A stretch of DNA of 54,697 bases from a virus (taxonomy: Duplodnaviria; Caudoviricetes). The stretch is from positions 1 to 54,697 of IMG/VR virus record IMGVR_UViG_3300049926_000074, one strand, 5' to 3'. Within the stretch, counting starts at the first letter, position 1, and each line of letters begins with the position of its first letter. Below the pieces are notes generated by a model. The model searched no databases. It was not told the origin of the DNA and saw only the letters and a list, made by a program, of their open reading frames with translations. The translations under genes and the position numbers were made by a program. Of the stretch, positions 47,055 through 54,697 are shown piece by piece.

Positions 47055-47386
47055 CGGGCACCTGCCGCCAGCGACCGGCGCGGCAACTCGGCCAGCACGC
47101 CCCGGGCCAACGCGACCGGGATTTCGAAGAGCACCTTCCCGTCGGCGCAGGCGCGGCCGGACGGGTGACGGTGCATGGGCACCGCCGTTCCCGGGCAGTT
47201 GCGTGGTTGGTCCGGTCCGTGTTCTATGACGTGCGGCCCGTGGGTTGATCCCTGGCCGCAGCGGGCGATGCGATACGCCGGGTTGAAGGTCGGGTCGGGC
47301 GCACCATTCGCAACGGAATCGGACGCTGCGCCGGCCATCGGCGGGACCGTTGGGGGCTCGCCAGGGGGCTGGGTTGGGCCGGTCAT
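47051..47386 (-). CDS. Hypothetical protein
   Basis: ATGA overlap; C..H..H..CPG. Confidence 0.5.
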   Translation of the reverse strand: MTGPTQPPGEPPTVPPMAGAASDSVANGAPDPTFNPAYRIARCGQGSTHGPHVIEHGPDQPRNCPGTAVPMHRHPSGRACADGKVLFEIPVALARGVLAELPRRSLAAGAR

Positions 47387-47652
47387 GCGGCCCTCGCCTT
47401 CGAGGTGCGGCGCGCCACGAACTCGGCCACGGCGGACTCGGGGATGCGGGTCTTGGCCCGGCCGATGCCCACCTGGACAGACCGCAGGTCCCGCCGCGCG
47501 ATGAGGTTGTAGATGTGCTGCGGCGTGCATCGCCACAACGCGGCCACCTCGGCCACCGGCAGCAGCGCCTCGGCCTTCTTAGGTCCCGATGGAGGCGGCG
47601 GCGTACGCGGCCCGGGTGGCGGCGGGTTGGTGGGCGGGGGCTGCGACTTCAT
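47383..47652 (-). CDS. Excisionase-like HTH (HTH_17)
   Basis: LLPVAEVAALWRC..IYNLI..TRIPESAVAEF. Confidence 0.8.
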   Translation of the reverse strand: MKSQPPPTNPPPPGPRTPPPPSGPKKAEALLPVAEVAALWRCTPQHIYNLIARRDLRSVQVGIGRAKTRIPESAVAEFVARRTSKARAA

Positions 47653-47882
47653 GACGCCAGCCGCCCCGTGGTCGTGTTGGTCTTGATGTATTCCTCGATG
47701 GATGCGCCATGCACACGCAGAGCCCGGCCTGCCTTGACGGCGGACAACTCGCCGCGGTCGACCAGGTAGCGGACCATGCGGTCGCTCAGGGACAGCATTC
47801 GAGCCGTGTCCTTGATGGTGTACAGCAGGCGCCCTTGGTCGATGGCGTTCGTGCCATCAGTTGCGCGTCCAGTGGCATGCAT
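47649..47882 (-). CDS. Cro/excisionase-like HTH (HTH_17), probably leaderless
   Basis: LYTIKDTARMLSLS..VRYLVDRGEL..SIEEYI. Confidence 0.8.
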   Translation of the reverse strand: MHATGRATDGTNAIDQGRLLYTIKDTARMLSLSDRMVRYLVDRGELSAVKAGRALRVHGASIEEYIKTNTTTGRLAS

Positions 47883-47889
47883 GCGAGTG

Positions 47890-47918
47890 ACGATAGCCAG
47901 TGGCACGGATGGCAGCAA
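47890..47918 (-). promoter_or_regulatory. Early lytic promoter
   Basis: TTGCTG-17 bp-TATCGT, then 7 nt before the ATG at 47882. Confidence 0.6.
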
Positions 47919-48101
47919 CTCATACGTTCGGGTGATTCTGAGCGTCGGCTCCACGGTTAATCTATGAACATGACTCGACGTGGTGCACTTGGCGTAGCTG
48001 AACGGATGATGCTACGGAAGCAGCGTGTGGACCGGTGGCAGCTACGCCACTGTGAGCGGCCGACCGTCATCAAGCCCGTCACCAGGCAATATGGTGCATC
48101 C

Positions 48102-48509
48102 ATGCCATCAGCAGCCGACCGCGTGCGCTTCGCTCGCTTTGTAGAGCGTGCACTTTCGAGCGCCCGTGAACGGGGGATGACCGACCCGCAGATCGAGAAA
48201 GCCACCGGCATCCGCGCCTCAACTTTTCATCGCTGGCGGCGTGGCGAGGTCGCCCCCACGGTGGACAAGGTCAAGCAGTTCTGCGCCGGCCTCGGCCTGC
48301 CCGCCGATCAGGCCCTGGCCGCGCTCGGCATGGGCCCACGGGAAGCCACCCCCGAACCGCCGATGGATCCCGACGTCCTCGCGCTGCTCCGCAAGCTCGA
48401 AGACCCGAACACGAACGCCGAGACCAAGGAGTTCATCCGGACCACGCTCCGGCATCTCGTCGCCATGCCGGTACAGAAGCGGACCCGGCGACCACGAAAG
48501 GCAGGCTGA
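48102..48509 (+). CDS. Immunity repressor (XRE HTH), probably leaderless
   Basis: IEKATGIRASTFHRWRRG; divergent from the early operon; TATGGT ends 6 nt before the ATG. Confidence 0.85.
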   Translation: MPSAADRVRFARFVERALSSARERGMTDPQIEKATGIRASTFHRWRRGEVAPTVDKVKQFCAGLGLPADQALAALGMGPREATPEPPMDPDVLALLRKLEDPNTNAETKEFIRTTLRHLVAMPVQKRTRRPRKAG

Positions 48510-49666
48510 TGGCCTACATACGCAAGCTGCCGTCGGGGAAGTGGCAGGCTACCGTCCGGCACCCCAGCGGGAAACGTCTGACCAAAACCGACGCGTTGAA
48601 GAAGGTCGTCGCCGAGTGGGCCAAAGGCCTCGAAGCCGGCTTCGACCGCGGCGACATGCGGGACCCGCGCGCCGGCCACATCACCATCGGCGAGTGGTAC
48701 GCCCGGTGGATCGCCGCTCGAGGTGTGGAGGTGGTGACGCGGGACAAGCTCGAGTCCGCGTGGCGAACCCACTGCGCTCCGATGTGGGCGACCTGGCCCA
48801 TGGACGCGGTGACGCACCTCGAGGCCCAGGAGTGGATCCGGGTGCTCGAGCGGAAGCGCCGGGCCAAGCACCGCGGCCTACCCGGCGACGACGACTCGCC
48901 GGTGCTCGCGGCCAGCACGGTGCACATATCGGCACACCTCATGTCCAGCCTGTACCGGGCCGCCGTCAACGAACGCCCGCCCATCGTGGTGTCCAACCCG
49001 TTCGCGCGCCTGGACCTGCCCGAGGTTCCGCCGATGCCCATCGAGTACTACGAGCACGATGAGGCCGAGGCTCTGCTCGAAGCGGCGTGGAAGCTGCGCC
49101 CGGACGAGCCGCAGTGGCCGGCGCTGATGGAGCTGGGCATGTGGGTCGGGCTGCGCCCGGGCGAGATCTTCGGACTCACCGGCGACCGGGTCGACTGGCT
49201 ACGGTGGCGGATCGAGGTCACGCAGGTGATGACCCGCCGCGGGCTCCGCGAGTACCCGAAGACGCGGAAGAGTCACCGCACCGTGCCGGTCCCGGACGGT
49301 CGGTTGCGGATCCTGCTGCCGAAGCTGATGGAGGGCCGGCCGCTCGACGCCCTCGTCTTCACCCGGCCGCAGGGTGGCCCGATCGACGACCCCGGGTTCC
49401 GGCACCGCATCTGGCACCCCGCGGTGGTGGCCGCCGGGATCCGCCGGTTTCCGCCGAAGTCGATGCGGCACACCGCGGCGAGCTGGCTGGTCCAGGACGG
49501 CGTTCCGCTGTACGACGTGCAGGCCCTGCTGGGTCATGAGTCGTTCACCACCACTCAGCGGTACGCCCATCTGGCACCAGGGACGCACGACAAGGTCCAG
49601 GAATCGTGGCGACGCACCAGCGACGCACGCGGCCCCAAGAACGAGAAAGGCCGCAGGCCGGCATAG
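48509..49666 (+). CDS. int: Tyrosine integrase
   Basis: GLRPGE, K, K-S-M-R (HxxR variant), LLGH, RYAH. Confidence 0.95.
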   Translation: MAYIRKLPSGKWQATVRHPSGKRLTKTDALKKVVAEWAKGLEAGFDRGDMRDPRAGHITIGEWYARWIAARGVEVVTRDKLESAWRTHCAPMWATWPMDAVTHLEAQEWIRVLERKRRAKHRGLPGDDDSPVLAASTVHISAHLMSSLYRAAVNERPPIVVSNPFARLDLPEVPPMPIEYYEHDEAEALLEAAWKLRPDEPQWPALMELGMWVGLRPGEIFGLTGDRVDWLRWRIEVTQVMTRRGLREYPKTRKSHRTVPVPDGRLRILLPKLMEGRPLDALVFTRPQGGPIDDPGFRHRIWHPAVVAAGIRRFPPKSMRHTAASWLVQDGVPLYDVQALLGHESFTTTQRYAHLAPGTHDKVQESWRRTSDARGPKNEKGRRPA

Positions 49667-49680
49667 CCGGTGGCCTGCGG
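49651..49680. terminator. Hairpin at integrase end / downstream of the reconstituted tRNA
   Basis: CCGCAGGCC / GGCCTGCGG. Confidence 0.6.
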
Positions 49681-49689
49681 CGGAACCAT

Positions 49690-49737
49690 TGAGCCGACGC
49701 CGGGACTCGAACCCGGAACCGCCCGATTACAAGTCGG
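49690..49737 (-). other. attP core: 3' half of tRNA-Thr(UGU)
   Basis: Minus strand CCGA-CTTGTAA-TCGG, CCGGGTTCGAGTCCCGG T-arm, acceptor 3' strand; no 5' half. Confidence 0.88.
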
Positions 49738-49854
49738 AGGAACACCAGGTCAGCGGTTCCTGCCAACCGCTGACCTGCTACTTCTTCCAACTGGCGTCAA
49801 CTGATGTCCACTGGCGAGACACTGCCGTGACGCACCCCTGACGCACGACCGGGG

Positions 49855-50271
49855 TCAGTCGTCGACGGCCGAGAGGCGCCGGGTCAGCCGCTCGGCGACC
49901 TCAATCGCGCCGCGGTCCACGCCGTTGGCCACCACCGCGCTGGCCCGGTAGACGCCGGACGGGCGCGGGATCTCGGTAGTCAACTCGCCCGCGCACAGGT
50001 GCTCCCGGATCGCGCCGAGCTGCTTGACCACCTCGGCGAGCTGCTCGGCCTGCGCGTCGAACGGAGCCATGCGCCGCCGGTCGCGCCGGTCATTCAATTC
50101 ACAGTCGGCCGTGAATATGATACCGGCCGCGAAGACGGTGAGCGCGACCGAGTTGATCTGCTGCGGAACCATCGAGTGGTCGACGGCCCGCCATGAGAAC
50201 AGGAACACCACGTAGAACCCGGCTCCCACGGCAATGATGATTAGCCATCGGAACGGGGACATTTTGGCCAT
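49855..50271 (-). CDS. Two-TM membrane protein
   Basis: GGAGGAG upstream; two hydrophobic segments plus coiled coil. Confidence 0.65.
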   Translation of the reverse strand: MAKMSPFRWLIIIAVGAGFYVVFLFSWRAVDHSMVPQQINSVALTVFAAGIIFTADCELNDRRDRRRMAPFDAQAEQLAEVVKQLGAIREHLCAGELTTEIPRPSGVYRASAVVANGVDRGAIEVAERLTRRLSAVDD

Positions 50272-50515
50272 AAGAGAAACGCTCCTCCAGGGTTAGGGGG
50301 ATGGGGACGGATGTCGGCTGCGGGGTCTCGGCAACCAACGGGAGAGGGCTCTTTCTACGCCCCGTGATCGTCCAATAACAGCCCTGTGACCCGTGGGAGC
50401 GTGTGCTCTGTCCGGACGGCCGATAAATGTCTGACCGGCAGGGCGGGCGTAAGACGGCCGAAAGGCATGTTGCGAATCAAGGCTCCGAAACGATGATCGG
50501 CCGTCCCGCCGGGGG

Positions 50516-50920
50516 TCACACCGGCCGAAAGATGTGGTGGTCTGCGGGATAGACGACCGTTGCGTCATCAATGGTCGAGACCACCACGACGTACGCCCCG
50601 AGCGGTAGGGCCAGGTCGGCGCGTTCGACTGGAGTGGCACGGCGGACCAGCAGCGTGGAACCCAGCTCCAGCAGCACCTCGGTGCGTTCCACCGGCACCG
50701 CCACCCGTGTCGGGTACCCGTGGCGTACCACGACGAGGCCCTCTTGGCGGAGCAAATCGATCGCCCGACGTGCCGTCCCGTTCGCGCAGCCATACGCCTG
50801 GACGAGGTCCCGTTCGCTCGGCACCCTGGCCCCGGGCTGCAGCCGGCTGCTCTCGATCTGCTCGCGCAGGATCGCGGCCAACTCGTGGTAGCCGATCCCG
50901 TCGGGCCGGGCGATCATCAC
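50516..50920 (-). CDS. GntR-family winged-helix regulator
   Basis: YHELAAILREQI..PSERDL..TARRAI.LL..EGLV. Confidence 0.85.
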   Translation of the reverse strand: MMIARPDGIGYHELAAILREQIESSRLQPGARVPSERDLVQAYGCANGTARRAIDLLRQEGLVVVRHGYPTRVAVPVERTEVLLELGSTLLVRRATPVERADLALPLGAYVVVVSTIDDATVVYPADHHIFRPV

Positions 50921-50974
50921 CGGGACGCTACGGAGAATGTCCGGGTCCGCTACTCCTGTACCTCTGTACAGGAG

Positions 50975-51220
50975 TTAGGGCGTATTGGCGCCGGTCGGTA
51001 CGACGTATGTGCCCTTGCCCCGCACGGTCACCACCAGCCCACGCTCCCGCAGCACTCCCACGGCGGCTCGCACGGTGTCTCGGGCGATTCCGAACTCCTG
51101 CTGAATGTGAGACTCGCTCGGGATCGGCCGGTCCGGGAGGTACGTGCCGTCCGTGATGCGGGCCGCGATCACGTCCGCGACCTGCACGTATATGGGCGTC
51201 GCCGACTCGCGGTTGATCAC
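50975..51220 (-). CDS. GntR-family winged-helix regulator (DNA-binding domain only)
   Basis: PIYVQVAD..IPSE..GLVVTVRGKGTYV. Confidence 0.88.
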   Translation of the reverse strand: MINRESATPIYVQVADVIAARITDGTYLPDRPIPSESHIQQEFGIARDTVRAAVGVLRERGLVVTVRGKGTYVVPTGANTP

Positions 51221-51386
51221 ACACCCGACGCTAGGTGACGACACCCGTACCCAGTGCGGGATCCCTGACGGTAGACAGGTACCGACAGGTAGTCGTACGG
51301 TCTGTACCTGGCCAACCACATAAGTCAGGCCCGGACGGCGAGGGAACGCCGCGACCCGGGCCCTAAGCCGGGAGGTAACCCCGACC

Positions 51387-51698
51387 ATGACCGATAGCGT
51401 AAGGGCCGATATGGGCGGCCACATCAGCGGATCGCAGGTGGATCCGCCCGGCCAGATCGTCGACTTCGCCCAGCTGGCGATTCAGATGTTCGCCGGGGAC
51501 GGACCCCACAGCCGTGCCGACGTGCTCGACCTGATCGGGCACTGGTACCGCAACAGCGAAATGTCTGACGATGACGTGCGGGCGCTGCTGGAGCGGTACC
51601 CGCCGGCTGCGGTGCGACAGACCGCCACCCAGGACGCCCCGGGTCAACAGTATCTGCGGTACCCGTCGGCCCCGATCACCCGCGAGCCGCAGTCATGA
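51387..51698 (+). CDS. Hypothetical protein
   Basis: GGAGG RBS; divergent from GntR. Confidence 0.6.
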   Translation: MTDSVRADMGGHISGSQVDPPGQIVDFAQLAIQMFAGDGPHSRADVLDLIGHWYRNSEMSDDDVRALLERYPPAAVRQTATQDAPGQQYLRYPSAPITREPQS

Positions 51699-51853
51699 CC
51701 CGCGACGACCAGATCCGGAGCCTGCGCCTGCGTCATCGCCCCGAGCGCACGTGGTGGGGGCGCCGCACCGGGTGGTGTCGGTGCGGGGAGCGGATCGGCG
51801 GCGAGACCTGTTGGATCCTGGCGCAGAGCCTCGCGAGCTACGGCGCGATCTGA
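51695..51853 (+). CDS. Small Cys/His protein (52 aa; not in ORF track)
   Basis: ATGA and TGATG coupling; RHRP..WCRCG..CW. Confidence 0.55.
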   Translation: MTRDDQIRSLRLRHRPERTWWGRRTGWCRCGERIGGETCWILAQSLASYGAI

Positions 51854-52107
51854 TGGCCACCATCGAGCACAGGAGCGAGCAACCCAGTTGGGATTGCCAG
51901 ACCTGCGGCGCTCCCTGGCCGTGCCCGTCAGCCGTCGAGCGCATGCTGGACTTGTACCAGGGCCGGGACCGCGAGGATCTCGGCCAATATCTCGGTAAGA
52001 CGTACGTGCGGATGGCGGCCGACCTGCCGGATGTCGCGTCGGCCATCCTCCTCTGGCGCCTATTTGGATGGGTGCCACGAAGCACTCGGGCCGCCAGTCC
52101 CCACTGA
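51853..52107 (+). CDS. Small Zn-binding protein of a family I associate with Micromonosporaceae
   Basis: H..PSWDCQTCGAPWPC..RLFGWV. Confidence 0.7.
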   Translation: MATIEHRSEQPSWDCQTCGAPWPCPSAVERMLDLYQGRDREDLGQYLGKTYVRMAADLPDVASAILLWRLFGWVPRSTRAASPH

Positions 52108-52156
52108 GACTCCGGCGGCGGCCATCCCCCCGTGTGGTCGCCGCCGGACCCCTACC

Positions 52157-53023
52157 TCAGTGCAGGAGTGCCCACCCGCAGATGACTGCCACGATCAGTA
52201 CCGGGATGAGCAGCAGCACCAACGTGGCGCCCTCGGTCCACATGCTCAGCGTCAGCAGGCGGCGGAGCGTGCGGTTGGTTCCAGGCGACAGGCCAGCCCC
52301 GACGACATAGCGTTGCGGCGCGGGAGTCGGCGCGGGTCCAGGCGCTACAAACGGGATCGACGCCGACGGCCATGGATCCGAACCCGGGCCGGACTGCCGC
52401 ACCGGCTGGGATGGCGCGATCCGGGTACGCTCGACGGCTTCGACGATCCGGACGAAGGCGGGCCGGTTGGACGCCTGGAACCCGACGACGCACTTGCCGC
52501 CCCCACGCAGGCCGATTGTCAGGTTTCCGGTCGCGGGCAGTATGGCCGTCACCGCGATGGTGGCCAGCCGGCCGAGGTCGACCTCTTGCACGATGCGGTC
52601 GCCGACGTAGACACGCACGGTGTGCCCGTCGAAGGTGACTGCGTTGCCCTTGATGCCGTAGGCGATGAGCGGTTGAGCTGGCGTGGCCCACAGTTCGATC
52701 GGGTGCCAGGGCAGTCCGGCGCGGGCGCGAAGGATCGTGTCGATGAAGGCGGCGAACTCTTTGCGGTTCCCGTGGGTGAAGACGACGGCGCGGGCTCGGT
52801 CACCGTGGTGGACGATCTCGGCGACGCCGTTGACAAGTCGCGTGGAGGGACGGACGTTGATGGCGTCGACCGCCCCGAGCGGGATCTTCTCCAGGTGCGC
52901 CTTATTCCGGAACACCCAGATGGCGGTGCCGTCGAAGGCGAGGCTGTGGATGTAGCCGTGGGCTCGGAGTGGCTCGCTGGCGCGCCTCTGCGTATCGGTC
53001 ACCTGGCCGAGTGTGGCAATCAC
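52157..53023 (-). CDS. Tandem PH-like (DUF4429-like) domains with C-terminal TM
   Basis: Two similar domains (AHGYIHSLAFDG / AYGIKGNAVTFDG); hydrophobic C-terminus. Confidence 0.6.
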   Translation of the reverse strand: MIATLGQVTDTQRRASEPLRAHGYIHSLAFDGTAIWVFRNKAHLEKIPLGAVDAINVRPSTRLVNGVAEIVHHGDRARAVVFTHGNRKEFAAFIDTILRARAGLPWHPIELWATPAQPLIAYGIKGNAVTFDGHTVRVYVGDRIVQEVDLGRLATIAVTAILPATGNLTIGLRGGGKCVVGFQASNRPAFVRIVEAVERTRIAPSQPVRQSGPGSDPWPSASIPFVAPGPAPTPAPQRYVVGAGLSPGTNRTLRRLLTLSMWTEGATLVLLLIPVLIVAVICGWALLH

Positions 53024-53580
53024 GCCTCTTGATCGCTGTCCGCCGTTCGGCCAACGATCCGCCTCACCTCCTCGTGGGTGTACTCCGCGTCGACGATGCG
53101 GCGAATCTGCTCGCGGGTGTAGTCGGTCACCTTGACGATGTCGACCTGCCGCACCCCAACGCCCATCTCGGCGCGGATGAGATCGGCCAGCGCCGCGCGG
53201 GCTGCCTCGAGTTCGAGCTGAGCTTCCTGGCGCACCCGCGCGGCGGCCACGAGGGCGGCCGAGGCCGTGCTCCTTGTTCGCGGTGGGCGGCCGGCATGCC
53301 AGGGCGCAGCCAGATAGGCCCCAGCTACCTCTTGTGGAACTAGACCTGGCCGACCTAGTAGCGTGTTGCATCGACTACAGAGCAGACCGCGCACGGCGTG
53401 CATGCCGATCTTTTCGTCATGGTCGATTACCAGGATGCCGTGTGGCGTAGCGGAGCCCTCGACGCCACAGATCTGGCAACGGCCGATCGCCATGGTGAAG
53501 AGCGCCTCGAACTGGGCGCATGACATCTCGTAGGCGGCATGTCGGCATGGGTCGTGGTGCCGCGAGGCCAACTGAGTCAT
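53020..53580 (-). CDS. Endonuclease VII-like domain fused to a C-terminal HTH
   Basis: CQIC..IDHD..VRGLLCSRCNTLLG; RQVDIVKVTDYTREQIRRI. Confidence 0.8.
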   Translation of the reverse strand: MTQLASRHHDPCRHAAYEMSCAQFEALFTMAIGRCQICGVEGSATPHGILVIDHDEKIGMHAVRGLLCSRCNTLLGRPGLVPQEVAGAYLAAPWHAGRPPRTRSTASAALVAAARVRQEAQLELEAARAALADLIRAEMGVGVRQVDIVKVTDYTREQIRRIVDAEYTHEEVRRIVGRTADSDQEA

Positions 53581-53753
53581 CCGATCTCGACCTCCGGCCG
53601 TTTCGGCATCTTGGCGCCGGTCTCGCGGACGTACCAACGCATGAAGTCGCGGATCACGGCGGACCGGTCGGGTTCGGCCACGATGCCGAACGCCTCCCAG
53701 AGTTCTTCATCGACGCGGAGCCGCCGCAGTGGCGTCTTGGGCTGGTTGGGCAT
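53577..53753 (-). CDS. Ribbon-helix-helix repressor
   Basis: MPNQPKTPLRRLRVDEELW..RSAVIRDFMRWY; GGAGG RBS. Confidence 0.8.
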   Translation of the reverse strand: MPNQPKTPLRRLRVDEELWEAFGIVAEPDRSAVIRDFMRWYVRETGAKMPKRPEVEIG

Positions 53754-53763
53754 GCTGCCTCCC

Positions 53764-53825
53764 GGGTGTGGGTACGCCTGAGGGTACACCTAGCCTTGCG
53801 GGTGTGGGTACACCTCTGCTACACT
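53764..53825 (+). promoter_or_regulatory. SigA-type promoter overlapped by direct-repeat operators
   Basis: TTGCGG-18 bp-TACACT with extended TG; GGGTGTGGGTAC at 53764 and 53800; GGGTACACCT at 53782. Confidence 0.65.
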
Positions 53826-53969
53826 TAGAGACATGAGGGAGAACGGCCCCCTCAGAAATTTGAAAACTGAATCCGACGCACACAGTCGAGAAGCTCGCCG
53901 GCCCCTCACAGACCGGGCGGTGAGCGCGAACCCCCCGCACCAAGCGGGGGGCGAACAGGGGAGAACGAC

Positions 53970-54185
53970 ATGACGCAGGTCGAGAGCATGCAGACGATCG
54001 TCAAGCGGTTCCGCAGCGAGGGCAAGAACATCCGCGAGGCCCAGGCCGAATGGACGCGGCAAGGCCGTGAGGCGGTACGGGAGCAGGAAGACAACATCCT
54101 GGCCAACAAGGATGCCTACCCCGCCGAAATCGTCGAGCAGATCGAAGACCACCGCGCTGCGGGGAACTACACCACGCAGGGCTGA
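53970..54185 (+). CDS. Small hypothetical protein
   Basis: GGGAG RBS. Confidence 0.7.
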   Translation: MTQVESMQTIVKRFRSEGKNIREAQAEWTRQGREAVREQEDNILANKDAYPAEIVEQIEDHRAAGNYTTQG

Positions 54186-54246
54186 TCCGGGCGAGGGCTG
54201 GGAATGCCGATAACACTCCCAGCCCTCAACGCCAAGGTACACAACA

Positions 54247-54338
54247 CGGCGGTAGAGGTTTCTCCCAGTCCGGCCACACCGGACCGTTGCGACGGTCACA
54301 GGTCCCGGATGGGCAGGGTTCGACTCCCTGGCCGCCAC
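54247..54338 (+). ncRNA. tRNA-like structured RNA
   Basis: CGGCGGT/GCCGCCA acceptor-like stem, CAGGG-TTCGACT-CCCTG T-arm, long internal helix. Confidence 0.55.
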
Positions 54339-54370
54339 GCAGAAAGCATCAACGACAGGAAGGCACCGAG

Positions 54371-54541
54371 ATGGACGACATCCTCCGCGACGAGTTCCGG
54401 CGCTCCGGCTACTGGGACGCGATCCTCGACCTGGGTGACCTCCTCCAGGAGGCCGTCGGCACGCCGGAGTTCGAGGCGATCGAGGCCGTAGTTGTGAAGA
54501 TGCGGGCCCGCCGCAAGGAGCGTTTCCCCAGCACGTCCTGA
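54371..54541 (+). CDS. Small hypothetical protein (56 aa)
   Basis: AGGAAGG+ATG; MDDILRDEFRRSGYWD. Confidence 0.65.
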   Translation: MDDILRDEFRRSGYWDAILDLGDLLQEAVGTPEFEAIEAVVVKMRARRKERFPSTS

Positions 54542-54570
54542 CACCTCCGGTGGGGCTCGGCACGTCCGAG

Positions 54571-54697
54571 CCCACGCCGTGGCCGTCAGGCCAATGACTT
54601 CAGCACCAACGCGGAGAGCAGCGCCCAGCGCGCCCCGCGCACCTACTAGCCCTTGGAGGGCCGCATGAACAGCACTACGAAGACCGCGAGCACGCAG
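54571..54697 (+). repeat. 127-bp terminal overlap identical to 1..127 (circular assembly overlap)
   Basis: Exact identity with the first 127 bases; the copy ends inside a gene. Confidence 0.95.

Larger units (their letters stand above)
1..54570. mobile_element. Complete temperate siphophage genome of an actinomycete (excised/circular form)
   Basis: Full head, tail, lysis, integration and replication modules; intact attP; contig ends overlap by 127 bp. Confidence 0.95.

Noticed and set aside
3093-47954. Many long plus-strand and alternate-frame ORFs (e.g. 5263..6888, 8914..10110, 17564..18976, 24725..25912)
   Set aside because: Arg/Pro/Gly-rich shadow ORFs of high-GC genes with no motifs; only the MTase-nested frame carries recognisable motifs
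47964-48101. N-terminal extension of the repressor in the ORF track
   Set aside because: A -10 element 6 nt before ATG 48102 favours a leaderless start; the extension covers the regulatory region
49690-49745. Complete tRNA-Thr gene
   Set aside because: Only the anticodon arm to the 3' end is present, as expected for an attP core
54247-54341. Canonical tRNA gene
   Set aside because: No D-stem or 7-nt anticodon loop, so it is reported as a tRNA-like RNA instead
1-54570. CRISPR array, diversity-generating retroelement, IS element or intein
   Set aside because: No repeat-spacer array, reverse transcriptase, transposase or intein splice motifs were seen by eye
54571-54697. Biological direct terminal repeat
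   Set aside because: 127 bp equals a common assembler k-mer and the copy ends mid-gene; the HNH-terS-terL layout points to cos-type ends near 30.7 kb

Overview
This looks like a complete, circularly assembled temperate siphophage of a high-GC actinomycete. The 127-bp overlap (1..127 = 54571..54697) gives a unit length of about 54,570 bp. The GntR cassette and several small-gene families suggest a Micromonosporaceae-type host, which is an inference. The minus strand carries the head genes (HNH, terS/terL, portal, HK97 protease, capsid), a glycosylation block, the tail genes, lysis genes and a long early/replication operon (RecE/RecT-like, RusA, Rep, C5-MTase, TcmP-HNH with DUF5131). The plus strand carries repressor, tyrosine integrase and an intact attP (3' half of tRNA-Thr UGU), plus a short operon that crosses the contig junction and is rich in structured RNA. 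Strongest leads: (1) a kinase and a 1042-aa repeat protein between portal and protease share an RxRxLRL-x-GIExR tag that resembles the protease C-terminus and a probable cleavage site, suggesting a capsid cargo-loading system; (2) a TcmP methyltransferase-HNH fusion is paired with a radical-SAM DUF5131 protein; (3) the phage encodes sugar synthesis plus glycosyltransferases inside the virion operon; (4) the C5-MTase has a second subunit overprinted in another frame; (5) two zinc-finger-repeat HNH genes sit beside apparently recoded capsid and tape-measure sequence, including an 8-bp duplication that breaks the tape-measure start; (6) a tRNA/tmRNA-like RNA lies in an operon with an rrn-like leader. 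All family assignments come from motif recognition by eye; no database searches were run.
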